In this document: one piece after another, positions 19,444 through 29,308 of the stretch | How the letters are laid out: every line of letters begins with the position of its first letter | Position numbering within the stretch: the first letter of the stretch is position 1 | NCBI GenBank assembly: GCA_964423645.1 | Contig: CAYRFE010000023.1 | Coordinates: 10,473 to 58,016 of the forward strand | DNA from: an uncultured bacterium | GTDB lineage: Bacteria; Macinerneyibacteriota; Macinerneyibacteria; Macinerneyibacteriales; CAYRFE01 | Reading direction: 5' to 3' | DNA: 47,544 bases | Position numbers and translations under genes: made by a program | Notes under the pieces: model-generated | What the model was told of the DNA's origin: nothing | Seen by the model: only the letters and a program-made list of their open reading frames with translations | The model's database searches: none

Positions 19444-20142
19444 ATGAGCTGTATTTCTGACAATATTGAATATATTCGTGAAGAGGTCGCGCTATTGTGT
19501 GCCCGTAATCGTATAAAAAATAGTGTGAAGCTTTGCGCGGCCACAAAGATGCGAACAGTTGAAGAGATCAATGCGGCGGTGAAGGCCGGTGTTGATTGTA
19601 TAGGAGAAAATAAAGTTCAGGAAGCGCGTGATAAATATCCGTATGTGACAGAAAGCGTTCAGAAACATTTTATCGGTCATTTACAGACGAATAAGGTGAA
19701 ATATTGTCCGGTATTATTCGATTGTATACAATCAGTTGACAGTATTGCGATTCTTGAAGCTTTGGAAAAAAGTGCCGAAGCAAATCAAAAAAGGATGACA
19801 TACATGATAGAGGTCAATATTTCGGGAGAGGAAAGCAAGTTCGGGGTGAGTCCGCAACGACTTGAGCCTTTCTTTGAACATGCCTCGACGCTGCGATATA
19901 TGAAACTGATCGGATTCATGACCATGTTGCCTCTCAGTGACGATGTACAGCAATTGCGACGTCATGCAGATATGATGTATACACTATTTGAGCACAGTAA
20001 GCGTTTTAATAATACGATGATCGAGATCAGTGAATTATCCATGGGGATGTCACAGGATTATGCAATGTGTATTGAGGCCGGCAGTACGATGGTTCGGATC
20101 GGTACAAAGATTTTCGGAGAAAGGCAGGCGATGCATTCATGA
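19444..20142 (+). CDS. yggS: PLP homeostasis protein, YggS/PLPHP family
   Basis: KLCAATKMRTVEEINAAVKAGVDCIGENKVQEA and HFIGHLQTNKVK are YggS hallmarks. RBS aaaaaggtggtatcaATG. Confidence 0.85.
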   Translation: MSCISDNIEYIREEVALLCARNRIKNSVKLCAATKMRTVEEINAAVKAGVDCIGENKVQEARDKYPYVTESVQKHFIGHLQTNKVKYCPVLFDCIQSVDSIAILEALEKSAEANQKRMTYMIEVNISGEESKFGVSPQRLEPFFEHASTLRYMKLIGFMTMLPLSDDVQQLRRHADMMYTLFEHSKRFNNTMIEISELSMGMSQDYAMCIEAGSTMVRIGTKIFGERQAMHS

Positions 20143-20987
20143 GAGACATGCATATACTTACCATTATATATAAATTTACACTGATCATAGCTCTTGTGAA
20201 CACATATATAATGTTGTTAGTGATTCGATTTTTTGTGCCGTTACGCAAACAAATGATGTTTAATCGTATTTATCGGTTGTTGTATATGGCGACGGAAGGT
20301 GTCATGCGTTTGTTCGGTAAAAAGAGATTGAACCGGCGATGCGATAGTCGTGCATTCGCGGCGGGTTTTGTGCTGGTTTTGTTGTATTCGGTTTTTTGGG
20401 CATGGGTCAATATTCATCAGTCTTATGCTGAGGGACTTGTCTACATGCTTGCGTCATTTGTAACATATTCGTATTATTTCATGTTATTTGTTTTTATCGG
20501 TGACTTTATTGCTGCATTCAATCCGCAACATGCATATGGGGAGTTTGCCCGAGTCGTACATTTGATGTCTGATACTGCAATGGGTTTTTGGAAAAAATTA
20601 TTATCTTTCTCTAATCGTAATTATGCGCCACTGTGGGGCATTCTCATTATTATTCTTCTTAATGGGATCGCGATGACGTTTTTAAGTTCACTTTTGGGTA
20701 ATGCAGTTGCGTTTGGTGATAATCTTCGTATCGGGATAAAGTCTGCATTGTTCTTTTTTTCCGGTCTGTGGGTATTGTTTGTGATTGTCCGCCAAATTTT
20801 GTCCTGGAGTGGCGTTTCGGAAGAGTTTTTTATACTTAAGAACACTATTCTTTTTACTGAACCGTTGTTTATACCGATCAGAAAGGCATTTCCGCCCTAT
20901 AAGGTCGGCTTTGATCTGTCTCCGCTTGTTATTGTGTGTGCGTTAGCAATGGTATTCTTGACGACACTTTTCTTTTTATGGGGGTAA
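20139..20987 (+). CDS. integral membrane protein (possibly YggT/YlmG-like, enlarged)
   Basis: Multiple TM helices. Its position between yggS and divIVA mirrors the ylmE-ylmG-divIVA arrangement. Sequence assignment to YggT not verified. Confidence 0.4.
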   Translation: MRDMHILTIIYKFTLIIALVNTYIMLLVIRFFVPLRKQMMFNRIYRLLYMATEGVMRLFGKKRLNRRCDSRAFAAGFVLVLLYSVFWAWVNIHQSYAEGLVYMLASFVTYSYYFMLFVFIGDFIAAFNPQHAYGEFARVVHLMSDTAMGFWKKLLSFSNRNYAPLWGILIIILLNGIAMTFLSSLLGNAVAFGDNLRIGIKSALFFFSGLWVLFVIVRQILSWSGVSEEFFILKNTILFTEPLFIPIRKAFPPYKVGFDLSPLVIVCALAMVFLTTLFFLWG

Positions 20988-20988
20988 T

Positions 20989-21651
20989 ATGCAAATCACC
21001 GCACGCGATATAAAGGAAATGGGTTTTTCCAAGAAATTCAACGGGTATGAAATTGATGAAGTGCGTAATTTTTTGGAAATGGTCGCGGTCGAATATGAAA
21101 AACTTGTTCTTGAAAATACCGAATTGAAAGAAGCGACTAAAAAAGCTGAACGAGAAATAGAAATGTTTCGTCAAAAAGATGAAAATTTAAATAAAATATT
21201 ACTTACTGCGCAATCATTTGCCGAGAATGAGCGTAAACGTATTCAGCAGGAATCAGAACTTCGTATCAAAGAGACTGAACTGACCATACGAACAATGATC
21301 GAAGAATCAGCACGTCAGAAAGCACGTCTCGAGTCTGAAGTGCAAGCATTGATACTGAAACGCAATGATTTTATACGACGTTATTTTTCTCTGATGGAAG
21401 ATCAAAAACGGTTTTTTTCAGAATTACAATCGGCAGATGCGGTTTATATGCAACAAAATGAAACGAGGACCGCGGAGAATCAGTCGGTGACCACCATACC
21501 TGTGACTTCTTCACCCTCCGCAACGAAAGATTCGATACCTGTATCTCCAACCATACCGGATGATACCGATATAGACAGGATCGTGGAAGAAAAAATTGTT
21601 GAAGAGAGAAAAGATATTTTTCAAAAAAAGGATGAAAATGGATCATTTTGA
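20989..21651 (+). CDS. divIVA: DivIVA domain protein
   Basis: MQITARDIKEMGFSKKFNGYEIDEVRNFLEMVAVEYEKLVLEN is the canonical DivIVA N-terminal domain, followed by a coiled coil. Confidence 0.85.
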   Translation: MQITARDIKEMGFSKKFNGYEIDEVRNFLEMVAVEYEKLVLENTELKEATKKAEREIEMFRQKDENLNKILLTAQSFAENERKRIQQESELRIKETELTIRTMIEESARQKARLESEVQALILKRNDFIRRYFSLMEDQKRFFSELQSADAVYMQQNETRTAENQSVTTIPVTSSPSATKDSIPVSPTIPDDTDIDRIVEEKIVEERKDIFQKKDENGSF

Positions 21652-22474
21652 GCGTTGTCGTAATTCTGCTGATTTTATACGCTCGCAGGGCATTGATCAT
21701 GTAGATGTATGCGTTATTCTCGGTACAGGGTTAAGCGGTGTGGCAGATATGTTTTCGGCGTTTAAAACTATTGCCTATAAAGATATTCCGGATTTTCCGC
21801 AGTCAACTGTGGGGTCACATAAGGGAATGATGATGTTTGCGCGAATGGGGACTCTGGTAATCCTTTTTCTTCAAGGGCGTTTTCACATGTATGAAGGTTA
21901 TTCTGTTCAAGATGTCGTCATTCCGGTGCGTACTGCGCGCTTACTGGGGGCTACTACTTTTTTTGTAACAAATGCTGCGGGTGGTGTCGGCGATCATTTA
22001 CGAGTGGGCGATATCATGCTTATCAATGATCATATCAATTTTTCAGGAGATAATCCCCTTATCGGGAGAAATATTGATGAATTGGGCGAACGTTTCCCGG
22101 TAATGAATGATGTTTATGACGCAGCGTCTCGATTTATTGTTCATTCGATTGCTCAAAAACACTCCGTGTCTTTAAAGGACGGTGTGTATGTATGGTTTAA
22201 GGGACCTTCGCTTGAAACGCCTGCAGAATATCGTCTCATTAAGGCGATAGGTGGTGATGCGGTGGGTATGTCCACTGTTCCCGAGGTCATTGCTGCAAAA
22301 CATGCAGGGATGAGAATAATTGGTTTTTCGATAATAACAAACATATTTAAAGCAGATAATGTGACTGAAAATAAAGCGGAATTTGATACCGTTGTCGACG
22401 TGGCAAGTAACGCGGGGAAAAAACTTGGTTTTTTAATTACGGAATGTATTAAAAACCTTGACACGGGAGTGTAA
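21638..22474 (+). CDS. purine nucleoside phosphorylase (PNP/MTAP family)
   Basis: ILGTGLSG..., GMSTVPEV and phosphate/ribose-binding motifs. Start at MDHFERC with RBS aaaaaggatgaaaATG. Overlaps the divIVA 3' end. Confidence 0.8.
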   Translation: MDHFERCRNSADFIRSQGIDHVDVCVILGTGLSGVADMFSAFKTIAYKDIPDFPQSTVGSHKGMMMFARMGTLVILFLQGRFHMYEGYSVQDVVIPVRTARLLGATTFFVTNAAGGVGDHLRVGDIMLINDHINFSGDNPLIGRNIDELGERFPVMNDVYDAASRFIVHSIAQKHSVSLKDGVYVWFKGPSLETPAEYRLIKAIGGDAVGMSTVPEVIAAKHAGMRIIGFSIITNIFKADNVTENKAEFDTVVDVASNAGKKLGFLITECIKNLDTGV

Positions 22475-22510
22475 AATAAATAGTATTGCTAACCAAAGGA
22501 GGGCATACGC

Positions 22511-22876
22511 ATGAAAAAGGTATTTGTTATCATGCTTATTGTGACTATGAGCGTCGCGATGGTATATGCACTGAAAATTGTACCACGACCGAATCCATGG
22601 AATTATGTGACCAGTACTGCAACGAACATGACATTTCCGCTTGTGTCGGGAGCTACAGAGGCACATTTAAAAATATTTACCTTAAATGGGGATCTTGTTT
22701 TTAAAAAAACCGCATCATCATCAGAGCTTACGACGGGGATAGTGTGGGACGGAAAAAATAATTCCGGATTTTTGGTGGCCACGGGAGTGTATTTTTATTC
22801 AGTCGAAATAACCTATACTGCATCAACCGGCGCAACTACAGAAACTGCTTCCGGCAAGTTGCTTTTTATACGGTAA
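22511..22876 (+). CDS. secreted FlgD-Ig-like domain protein
   Basis: Signal peptide. IVWDGKNNSGFLVATGVYFYSVEI matches the FlgD-Ig-like/T9SS-CTD-like signature (WDG..d..G..v..GvYfY). RBS aaaggagggcatacgcATG. Confidence 0.6.
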   Translation: MKKVFVIMLIVTMSVAMVYALKIVPRPNPWNYVTSTATNMTFPLVSGATEAHLKIFTLNGDLVFKKTASSSELTTGIVWDGKNNSGFLVATGVYFYSVEITYTASTGATTETASGKLLFIR

Positions 22877-22888
22877 GGAGGCAGTACA

Positions 22889-23818
22889 ATGAGAAGAATA
22901 TTTATAATTAGTCTCATCATTATGGTTTCCGTCCTTGTCGTGTTTGCCGGGGAAACATGGAATGGGAGAACCGGTGCTCAGATAATGAAAATGAATCCCG
23001 CGATTCGTAGTTTGGGTTTGGGCGGGGGGTACATTTCCGGTATAGGCGGTGTAGAATCTCTTACATTAAATCCGGCCGGTTTAACTCATGTCGAACGTCG
23101 TATGGCAGCAGTTGGCGATACTGAGTTGGTAGAGGGAATACGTATCCTTTATGGCGGGTATGCTCAGAAATATGGAATATTTTATTTCGGTGCTGAAATA
23201 AAGGCGCTCTATGATACCTTTGATATTGTTGACGAACTCGGTGCGGCGGCCGGATCCTTGAGCGTGTATTCGTTAGCACCATCATTCGGTGTCGGTATGA
23301 AGGTCAGCCCTACGTTTTCTTTTGGCGGATCTGCTACCGTATTACTCGAAGATTATGGCGATGTCACACAATTCATGTGGGCGCTTAACGGTGGGATTCA
23401 AATGAGTTTTTTTCACGATGTTATTCGTTTTGGCGGAGCAGTACGCAACGTTGCGCTTTCACAGTTGTCATACTACGACGGTTCAGAAATGCCTATGCCC
23501 ATGATGGGGAATGCCGGTCTTTCATATGTTTTTAAAGATGTAGAATTACGTGATAAGATTATAATCACAGCCGATATAGAAATCCCGTATGATCGCAGTT
23601 GGATCATAAGCGGCGGGGCTGAATATTCTCTTGCCGACTGGGTAAAACTGAGGGCGGCGTATCGTTTAAATGATGATTATGATATGATCGATAATATTTC
23701 CTTTGGTCTCGAATTAAAAGAAACAGTAAAAAAAGTAACCGGTGCCTTGCAGTATGCATATGTCGGATACGGTGATGTTATTGGAACTCATCGTGTCAGC
23801 TATGCGATGTATTGGTAA
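22889..23818 (+). CDS. outer-membrane beta-barrel protein (family unassigned)
   Basis: Signal peptide MRRIFIISLIIMVSVLVVFA. Gly/aromatic-rich alternating strands. C-terminal ...SYAMYW ends in an aromatic residue. RBS taaggaggcagtacaATG. Confidence 0.55.
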   Translation: MRRIFIISLIIMVSVLVVFAGETWNGRTGAQIMKMNPAIRSLGLGGGYISGIGGVESLTLNPAGLTHVERRMAAVGDTELVEGIRILYGGYAQKYGIFYFGAEIKALYDTFDIVDELGAAAGSLSVYSLAPSFGVGMKVSPTFSFGGSATVLLEDYGDVTQFMWALNGGIQMSFFHDVIRFGGAVRNVALSQLSYYDGSEMPMPMMGNAGLSYVFKDVELRDKIIITADIEIPYDRSWIISGGAEYSLADWVKLRAAYRLNDDYDMIDNISFGLELKETVKKVTGALQYAYVGYGDVIGTHRVSYAMYW

Positions 23819-23841
23819 CAAAAAGAAAGAGGTGCATCGCC

Positions 23842-26589
23842 GTGGACTACAAAGATACGCTTAACTTGCCTGCGACCGATTTTCCGATGAAGGCCAACCT
23901 TCCCGTAAAAGAACAAGAAATAATTAAAATGTGGGAAGATAAGGGGATTTATTCGCGAATTATCGACAGCCGAAAAGGCAATAAGCGTTATGTTTTGCAT
24001 GACGGACCTCCGTATGCGAACGGTGTTATCCATATGGGGCATGCGCTTAATAAATCACTTAAAGATTTTGTCGTAAAATATAAAACCCTGAAGGGTTTTG
24101 AAACTCCCTATGTGCCGGGCTGGGATTGCCATGGGTTACCGATTGAACTTGCAGTGGCAAAGCAAGTTGAAGAGAGCAAAGAATCACTTACTGTGCCTGA
24201 ATTTCGTAGAAAATGTCGAAATTATGCATTGAAATTTGTGGAAAAACAGAAAAAAGAATTTATTCGTCTTGGTGTTTTCGGAGATTGGGAGAATCCGTAT
24301 CTCACCATGACTTCTGATTATGAGGCAGGTATCGTAACAATATTTAAGAAACTTGCAACGGACGGGTATGTTTTCAGGCAAAAGAAACCGGTTTATTGGT
24401 GTGCAGATTGTCGTACGGCATTGGCTGAAGCAGAGATTGAATATGAGGATCATACGTCACCTTCAATTTATGTGAAGTTTGAGGATATCAACGAACCCGG
24501 TACTTTTTTTGTGATCTGGACAACGACACCGTGGACCTTACCTGCTAATGTTGCGATTGCGTTGCATCCTGATTTTACATATATCAAGGTGCGTGTAGGC
24601 ACTGAAATATGGGTAATCGGAGAGTCGTTGTGGCAGGCCGTTCAACACGAAACCGGGATCTCAGGGGAGATATTATCTCGAATGAGCGGTAAGTCGTTGG
24701 AAGGGCATATGACGCAACACCCGTTTATTCCTGAGCGGAAAAGCGTGATTGTGTTGGCTGACTATGTTACGGATGATACCGGTACGGGGTGCGTACATAC
24801 AGCCCCGGGGCATGGAGTCGAGGATTATATAACAGGTCTCAAGTATAAATTACCAATATTAAATCCCGTTGATGACGAGGGACGATATACTGACGAATTT
24901 GCAATGATGAAAGGTGTCTTTATTTATGACGCCAATAAAATGATACTTGACGTGCTTACCGAGAAAAATGCATTGATAAAACAGTCGAAAATATCACATT
25001 CATATCCTCATTGTTGGCGTTGTAAAAAACCCGTTATCTTTCGTGCGACAGAACAGTGGTTTGTAAAAGTTGACCATGATACGCTTCGTACTCGGGCGCT
25101 TGATGCAATCAAAAAAACCGAGTGGATCCCGTCATGGGGTGAAAATCGTATCACAGGCATGATTGAGAATCGACCTGATTGGTGTTTGTCGCGTCAAAGG
25201 ATTTGGGGCGTGCCCGTGCCGATGTTCGGATGCCCGACATGTAAAAAATATGTGTATTCAGAAAAAATATTTGATACGATCATTGATTTTATACGCCAAA
25301 ATGGAGCTGACGGGTGGTTTACCCATGATGAACAATCCATGCTCGGTAATTTAAATCATTGTCCCGATTGCGGAGGCGGTCTTGTGAAAGACACGAACAT
25401 TCTTGATGTGTGGTTTGATTCCGGAGCGAGTTATTATTCCGTTGTTGAACAACGACCGGAATTAACATTTCCTGCAGATCTTTATTTGGAAGGTTCCGAT
25501 CAACATCGCGGTTGGTTTCATCATGCGTTATTACTTTCGGTCGCTCATAGAAATAATGCTCCCTTCAAGACAGTATTAACACACGGGTTCATTGTCGACG
25601 GACAAGGTAAAAAAATGTCGAAATCATTGGGTAATGGCGTTGACCCTCAAGACATTATCAAAAAATACGGAGCCGATGTCTTGCGTTTATGGGTTGCATC
25701 TGAGGATTATCGTAATGATATTCCTATATCAAATGAAATTGTCGATAGAATTGCGGAGGCGTACCGACGTATTCGTAATACATTCAGATTTATGCTTGGT
25801 AATTTAAACGGTTTTACACCTGATATGAAAATTGCTTATGACGACATGCCGTTACCGGATAAATATATGATGCAACGTCTCAAACAGATGCTTGCGACGC
25901 TTGATCAAGCGTACGATACGTTTGAATTTCATAAGATATTCCACACGGTACATAGTTTTTGTGTCGTTGATCTTTCTGCATTATATCTTGATAGTGCAAA
26001 ATCGGTACTATACGCCGAAGCGAAAGATAGTGTCGCACGTCGTGCGATACAAACAGTGATGTGGGAAACGGTTCGTTCGCTTACAATTGCTCTTTCTCCG
26101 GTTATGCCATTTACTATGGAGGAATTGTGGGGGTACATTTCGTCAACAAACAATGATCCTGAAAGTGTACATATGGCGTTATGGCCTTCTGTGGAGTGCC
26201 CGGAAGATGAGGCTGTGTTGACTGTATGGGAAAAAATATTGATTTTACGAGAAGATATTAAAAAAGGTCTTGAAACCCTTAGAAAAGATGGTACGATCGG
26301 ACATTCTCTCGATTCATATGTGTATTTATTCAGCGAGAATGAAGCGAATCTTTTATTTTTACAAAAAAATGCACATTATATCCGCCAGTTATGTATTGTA
26401 TCCGGTGTATTTGTTGAGAAACGGGAAGGAATGTCTGCATTAGAAACTCTTCCGGAATATCTTTGCAAAGCTGAAAAATCCCCGCATGCAAAATGTGAGC
26501 GATGCTGGGAGTATTCATCAACCATAGGAAGTGATTCGGCGCATCCGACCGTATGTGCTCGATGTGCAGGGGTTCTTACCAACACGTAA
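23842..26589 (+). CDS. ileS: isoleucine--tRNA ligase
   Basis: HMGHALN (HIGH), KMSKS, and C-terminal zinc finger CERCWEYSS...CARCAGV. GTG start at VDYKDTLNLPATDFPM with RBS aaagaggtg. The six-frame ORF extends upstream to 23812. Confidence 0.9.
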   Translation: MDYKDTLNLPATDFPMKANLPVKEQEIIKMWEDKGIYSRIIDSRKGNKRYVLHDGPPYANGVIHMGHALNKSLKDFVVKYKTLKGFETPYVPGWDCHGLPIELAVAKQVEESKESLTVPEFRRKCRNYALKFVEKQKKEFIRLGVFGDWENPYLTMTSDYEAGIVTIFKKLATDGYVFRQKKPVYWCADCRTALAEAEIEYEDHTSPSIYVKFEDINEPGTFFVIWTTTPWTLPANVAIALHPDFTYIKVRVGTEIWVIGESLWQAVQHETGISGEILSRMSGKSLEGHMTQHPFIPERKSVIVLADYVTDDTGTGCVHTAPGHGVEDYITGLKYKLPILNPVDDEGRYTDEFAMMKGVFIYDANKMILDVLTEKNALIKQSKISHSYPHCWRCKKPVIFRATEQWFVKVDHDTLRTRALDAIKKTEWIPSWGENRITGMIENRPDWCLSRQRIWGVPVPMFGCPTCKKYVYSEKIFDTIIDFIRQNGADGWFTHDEQSMLGNLNHCPDCGGGLVKDTNILDVWFDSGASYYSVVEQRPELTFPADLYLEGSDQHRGWFHHALLLSVAHRNNAPFKTVLTHGFIVDGQGKKMSKSLGNGVDPQDIIKKYGADVLRLWVASEDYRNDIPISNEIVDRIAEAYRRIRNTFRFMLGNLNGFTPDMKIAYDDMPLPDKYMMQRLKQMLATLDQAYDTFEFHKIFHTVHSFCVVDLSALYLDSAKSVLYAEAKDSVARRAIQTVMWETVRSLTIALSPVMPFTMEELWGYISSTNNDPESVHMALWPSVECPEDEAVLTVWEKILILREDIKKGLETLRKDGTIGHSLDSYVYLFSENEANLLFLQKNAHYIRQLCIVSGVFVEKREGMSALETLPEYLCKAEKSPHAKCERCWEYSSTIGSDSAHPTVCARCAGVLTNT

Positions 26590-26605
26590 CTAAAGGAGGG
26601 GCAGG

Positions 26606-26986
26606 ATGAAACAGGAAAAAGTAGCTCATTTTAAGCAAGTGCTCCTTGACATGAAGGATGCGATTATCAAGAATCTTACAGCGATTGAGGATGAGTATAT
26701 TCATCATTCGCGGATACGGGATTTTGGTGATTCCGCATACCCGATACATCTTGCTGATATAGCAGATGATGTGGCTGATACGGATCTCAATTTTAAGATC
26801 AAGTCCTCCGAAGAACATATTCTTCATGAGATAGACGCTGCATTAAAACGTGTTGAAGAGGGAACATATGGATTGTGTATTGACTGCGGTGTAGTGATTT
26901 CAGATCAACGTCTGGAAGCTATGCCCTATGCGGTTCAGTGTATGAATTGTAAAGAGGAATATGAAAAAAACCATAAAACTAAATAG
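26606..26986 (+). CDS. DksA/TraR family C4-type zinc-finger protein
   Basis: C-terminal CIDCGVVISDQRLEAMPYAVQCMNC. RBS aaaggaggggcaggATG. Sits between ileS and lspA. Confidence 0.7.
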   Translation: MKQEKVAHFKQVLLDMKDAIIKNLTAIEDEYIHHSRIRDFGDSAYPIHLADIADDVADTDLNFKIKSSEEHILHEIDAALKRVEEGTYGLCIDCGVVISDQRLEAMPYAVQCMNCKEEYEKNHKTK

Positions 26987-27482
26987 TACAATTCTTTGGA
27001 TCGTGATCGTAGGATTTGTTGCAGATATTGTATCTAAAGAATTGATAACTTCAACAATTCCGCTTAATCAGTCAGTAGATGTGATAGCTGATTTTTTTAA
27101 ATTGACCTATATTTTTAATAGTGGCGTTGCGTTCGGTATGTTTCAAAACATACCGATACTTTTGCTTGTGATCAATTTATGTGTATTGCTCGGAATAGTG
27201 TGGTTTTTTAAGCATGTTATTTTTACGTCGCACTCAGACTCAAAAACACTTACCTGGGCGGTCGGCATGATCCTTTCAGGCGCATTCGGTAATAATCTTG
27301 ATCGTATACGTTTCGGAAGCGTGAGAGATTTTCTCGATTTTGATTTCCCGGATTTTATCATGGATCGTTGGCCGGTCTTTAATGTGGCCGACAGTCTTAT
27401 TTGTGTGGGCATCACGTTGATTTTGTATTATTCTTTTTTTATTGAACATAAAATTAAACAACGTACCGGAGGTGGGGAATGA
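26961..27482 (+). CDS. lspA: lipoprotein signal peptidase II
   Basis: Four TM helices. NSGVAFGMF, FGNNLDRIRFGSVRDFLDF and FNVADS are signal peptidase II motifs. Confidence 0.85.
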   Translation: MKKTIKLNSTILWIVIVGFVADIVSKELITSTIPLNQSVDVIADFFKLTYIFNSGVAFGMFQNIPILLLVINLCVLLGIVWFFKHVIFTSHSDSKTLTWAVGMILSGAFGNNLDRIRFGSVRDFLDFDFPDFIMDRWPVFNVADSLICVGITLILYYSFFIEHKIKQRTGGGE

Positions 27483-28396
27483 TTCCGTATAAGGGGCGTT
27501 CAATCGTGTCGTTGAAGGATATGGCAAAAGATGAGTTGCTGTATCTTTTGGATCGTGCAAAAGAAGTGAAAAATAAGAAAATCAGCAATATTCTTGAAGG
27601 AAAAATTGTTGCTTCATTGTTTTTTGAACCCTCAACACGAACGCGTTTGTCTTTTGAATCTGCTGTGCTTAGCCAGGGCGGAACGGTTTTCGGTTTTTCG
27701 GATCCGGGCGGTACATCAGTTAAAAAAGGCGAAACGCTTACCGATACGATCAAAACTGTGACCGGCTATTGTGATGCGATCGTCATGCGACACAACAATG
27801 AAGGTGCCGCTCGAAGAGCATCTGAAGTTGCGTCGGTGCCTGTCGTAAACGGTGGCGACGGATCGAATCAGCATCCGACACAAACCTTTTTAGATCTTTT
27901 TACCATGCTTGAAAAAAAAGGTAGTCTTGACGGGAAAGTAGTCGGGTTGATGGGCGACTTGAAATATGGTCGGACAACGCATTCACTGGCGATGGCGCTC
28001 ACTCATTTTAATGTTAAATTGCATTTTATTGCACCGAAAGAGTTAAGTATTCCCGAGCAATATTACGATTACTTAAAAGCTAAAAAAATAGATTTCGTAC
28101 ATTCCACGCTTGAGTCATCCGGAAAGGAACTTGATTTTTTATATTGTACACGTATTCAAAAAGAACGTTTTTATGATCCGATGGAATATGAGCGTGTGGC
28201 GGGAAGTTATAAGCTCGATAAAGCATCACTTGAGTTGTTAAAAAAGGATACGTATATCATGCATCCGTTACCGCGTGTGGACGAGATCGCCACAGAGATT
28301 GATGATGATCCTCGTGCAATTTATTTTGAGCAGGCACATAACGGTGTTCCCGTTCGCTCCGCATTGTTGGCGCTGGTTATCGGGACAATCAAATAA
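27479..28396 (+). CDS. pyrB: aspartate carbamoyltransferase catalytic subunit
   Basis: STRTR carbamoyl-phosphate-binding motif (EPSTRTRLSFE), HPTQ and HPLP motifs. Confidence 0.9.
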   Translation: MIPYKGRSIVSLKDMAKDELLYLLDRAKEVKNKKISNILEGKIVASLFFEPSTRTRLSFESAVLSQGGTVFGFSDPGGTSVKKGETLTDTIKTVTGYCDAIVMRHNNEGAARRASEVASVPVVNGGDGSNQHPTQTFLDLFTMLEKKGSLDGKVVGLMGDLKYGRTTHSLAMALTHFNVKLHFIAPKELSIPEQYYDYLKAKKIDFVHSTLESSGKELDFLYCTRIQKERFYDPMEYERVAGSYKLDKASLELLKKDTYIMHPLPRVDEIATEIDDDPRAIYFEQAHNGVPVRSALLALVIGTIK

Positions 28397-28408
28397 GGAG
28401 AGATGTGT

Positions 28409-28870
28409 ATGAGTGAAACTCGCGGATATAAAGTTTTTAAAATAGAAGAAGGAACAGTTATTGATCATATACCTTCACCAAAAGGCTTAACAGTATTTGC
28501 AATTTTGGGACATAAAAAGGAAGGAATCGTTTCGATAGGGCTTAATTTTGAATCAAAGCAAGTCGGACTGAAGGATTTGATAAAATTTGAAAACAAAGTC
28601 ATCAGTAAAGAGGAAACAGATAAGATCGCTCTTGTTGCTCCTGAAGCGACAATAAATATTATTAAGAACGGGAAAGTTGTTGAAAAAAGACCTATTGACA
28701 TTCCTGAGAACATAAAGGGTTTTTTGACATGCATGAACCCGAATTGCATTACGAACGTTGAACACGTTGAGAGTGAATTTGCAGTAGTTGAAAAAAGACC
28801 GGTAAAAGTCATGTGTAAATATTGTGAACGTGTCTGGGAAGTAAAACGGGATATGATCAATAAACAGTAA
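28409..28870 (+). CDS. pyrI: aspartate carbamoyltransferase regulatory subunit
   Basis: C-terminal zinc domain CMNPNCIT...CKYCE. Follows pyrB. RBS aaggagagatgtgtATG. Confidence 0.85.
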   Translation: MSETRGYKVFKIEEGTVIDHIPSPKGLTVFAILGHKKEGIVSIGLNFESKQVGLKDLIKFENKVISKEETDKIALVAPEATINIIKNGKVVEKRPIDIPENIKGFLTCMNPNCITNVEHVESEFAVVEKRPVKVMCKYCERVWEVKRDMINKQ

Positions 28871-28882
28871 GGAATAAAAAGT

Positions 28883-29308
28883 ATGGCAAAACAAGTATTT
28901 GATGAACTCGAATTGTTGATGCGTAAAATTCATGTGCAGACGTTTAATTACGGTCGCACAATACTCTCAAAGTATAATTTGTCAAATTCGCAATTCAATA
29001 TCATCGTGTATATTTATTTCCATGGTGCCAAAAATTTAAAAGAGTTATGTGAAGAGTTGGTGTTGGCTCCAAGCACTATTTCTGAGATGTTGGTGCGAAT
29101 GGAAGATACCGATTTGGTCAAAAAAGATCGCAATGATATCGATAAACGTAAGATCGTTATCGATATTACTGATAAAAGCAGAGAGATAGTGAATACGGTA
29201 ATAAAAAAACGGGTTGAGTTTATTAAAAAACTTACCGAAGATTTGTCTCCGACACAATTAGATAGTTTTAAAACGATTCTCTCACACATGGTTGAATGTC
29301 TTCAATAA
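28883..29308 (+). CDS. MarR family transcriptional regulator
   Basis: Winged-helix region LSNSQFNIIVYIYFHGAKNLKELCEELVLAPSTISEMLVRMEDTDLVKKDRNDIDKRKIVI. Confidence 0.7.
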   Translation: MAKQVFDELELLMRKIHVQTFNYGRTILSKYNLSNSQFNIIVYIYFHGAKNLKELCEELVLAPSTISEMLVRMEDTDLVKKDRNDIDKRKIVIDITDKSREIVNTVIKKRVEFIKKLTEDLSPTQLDSFKTILSHMVECLQ

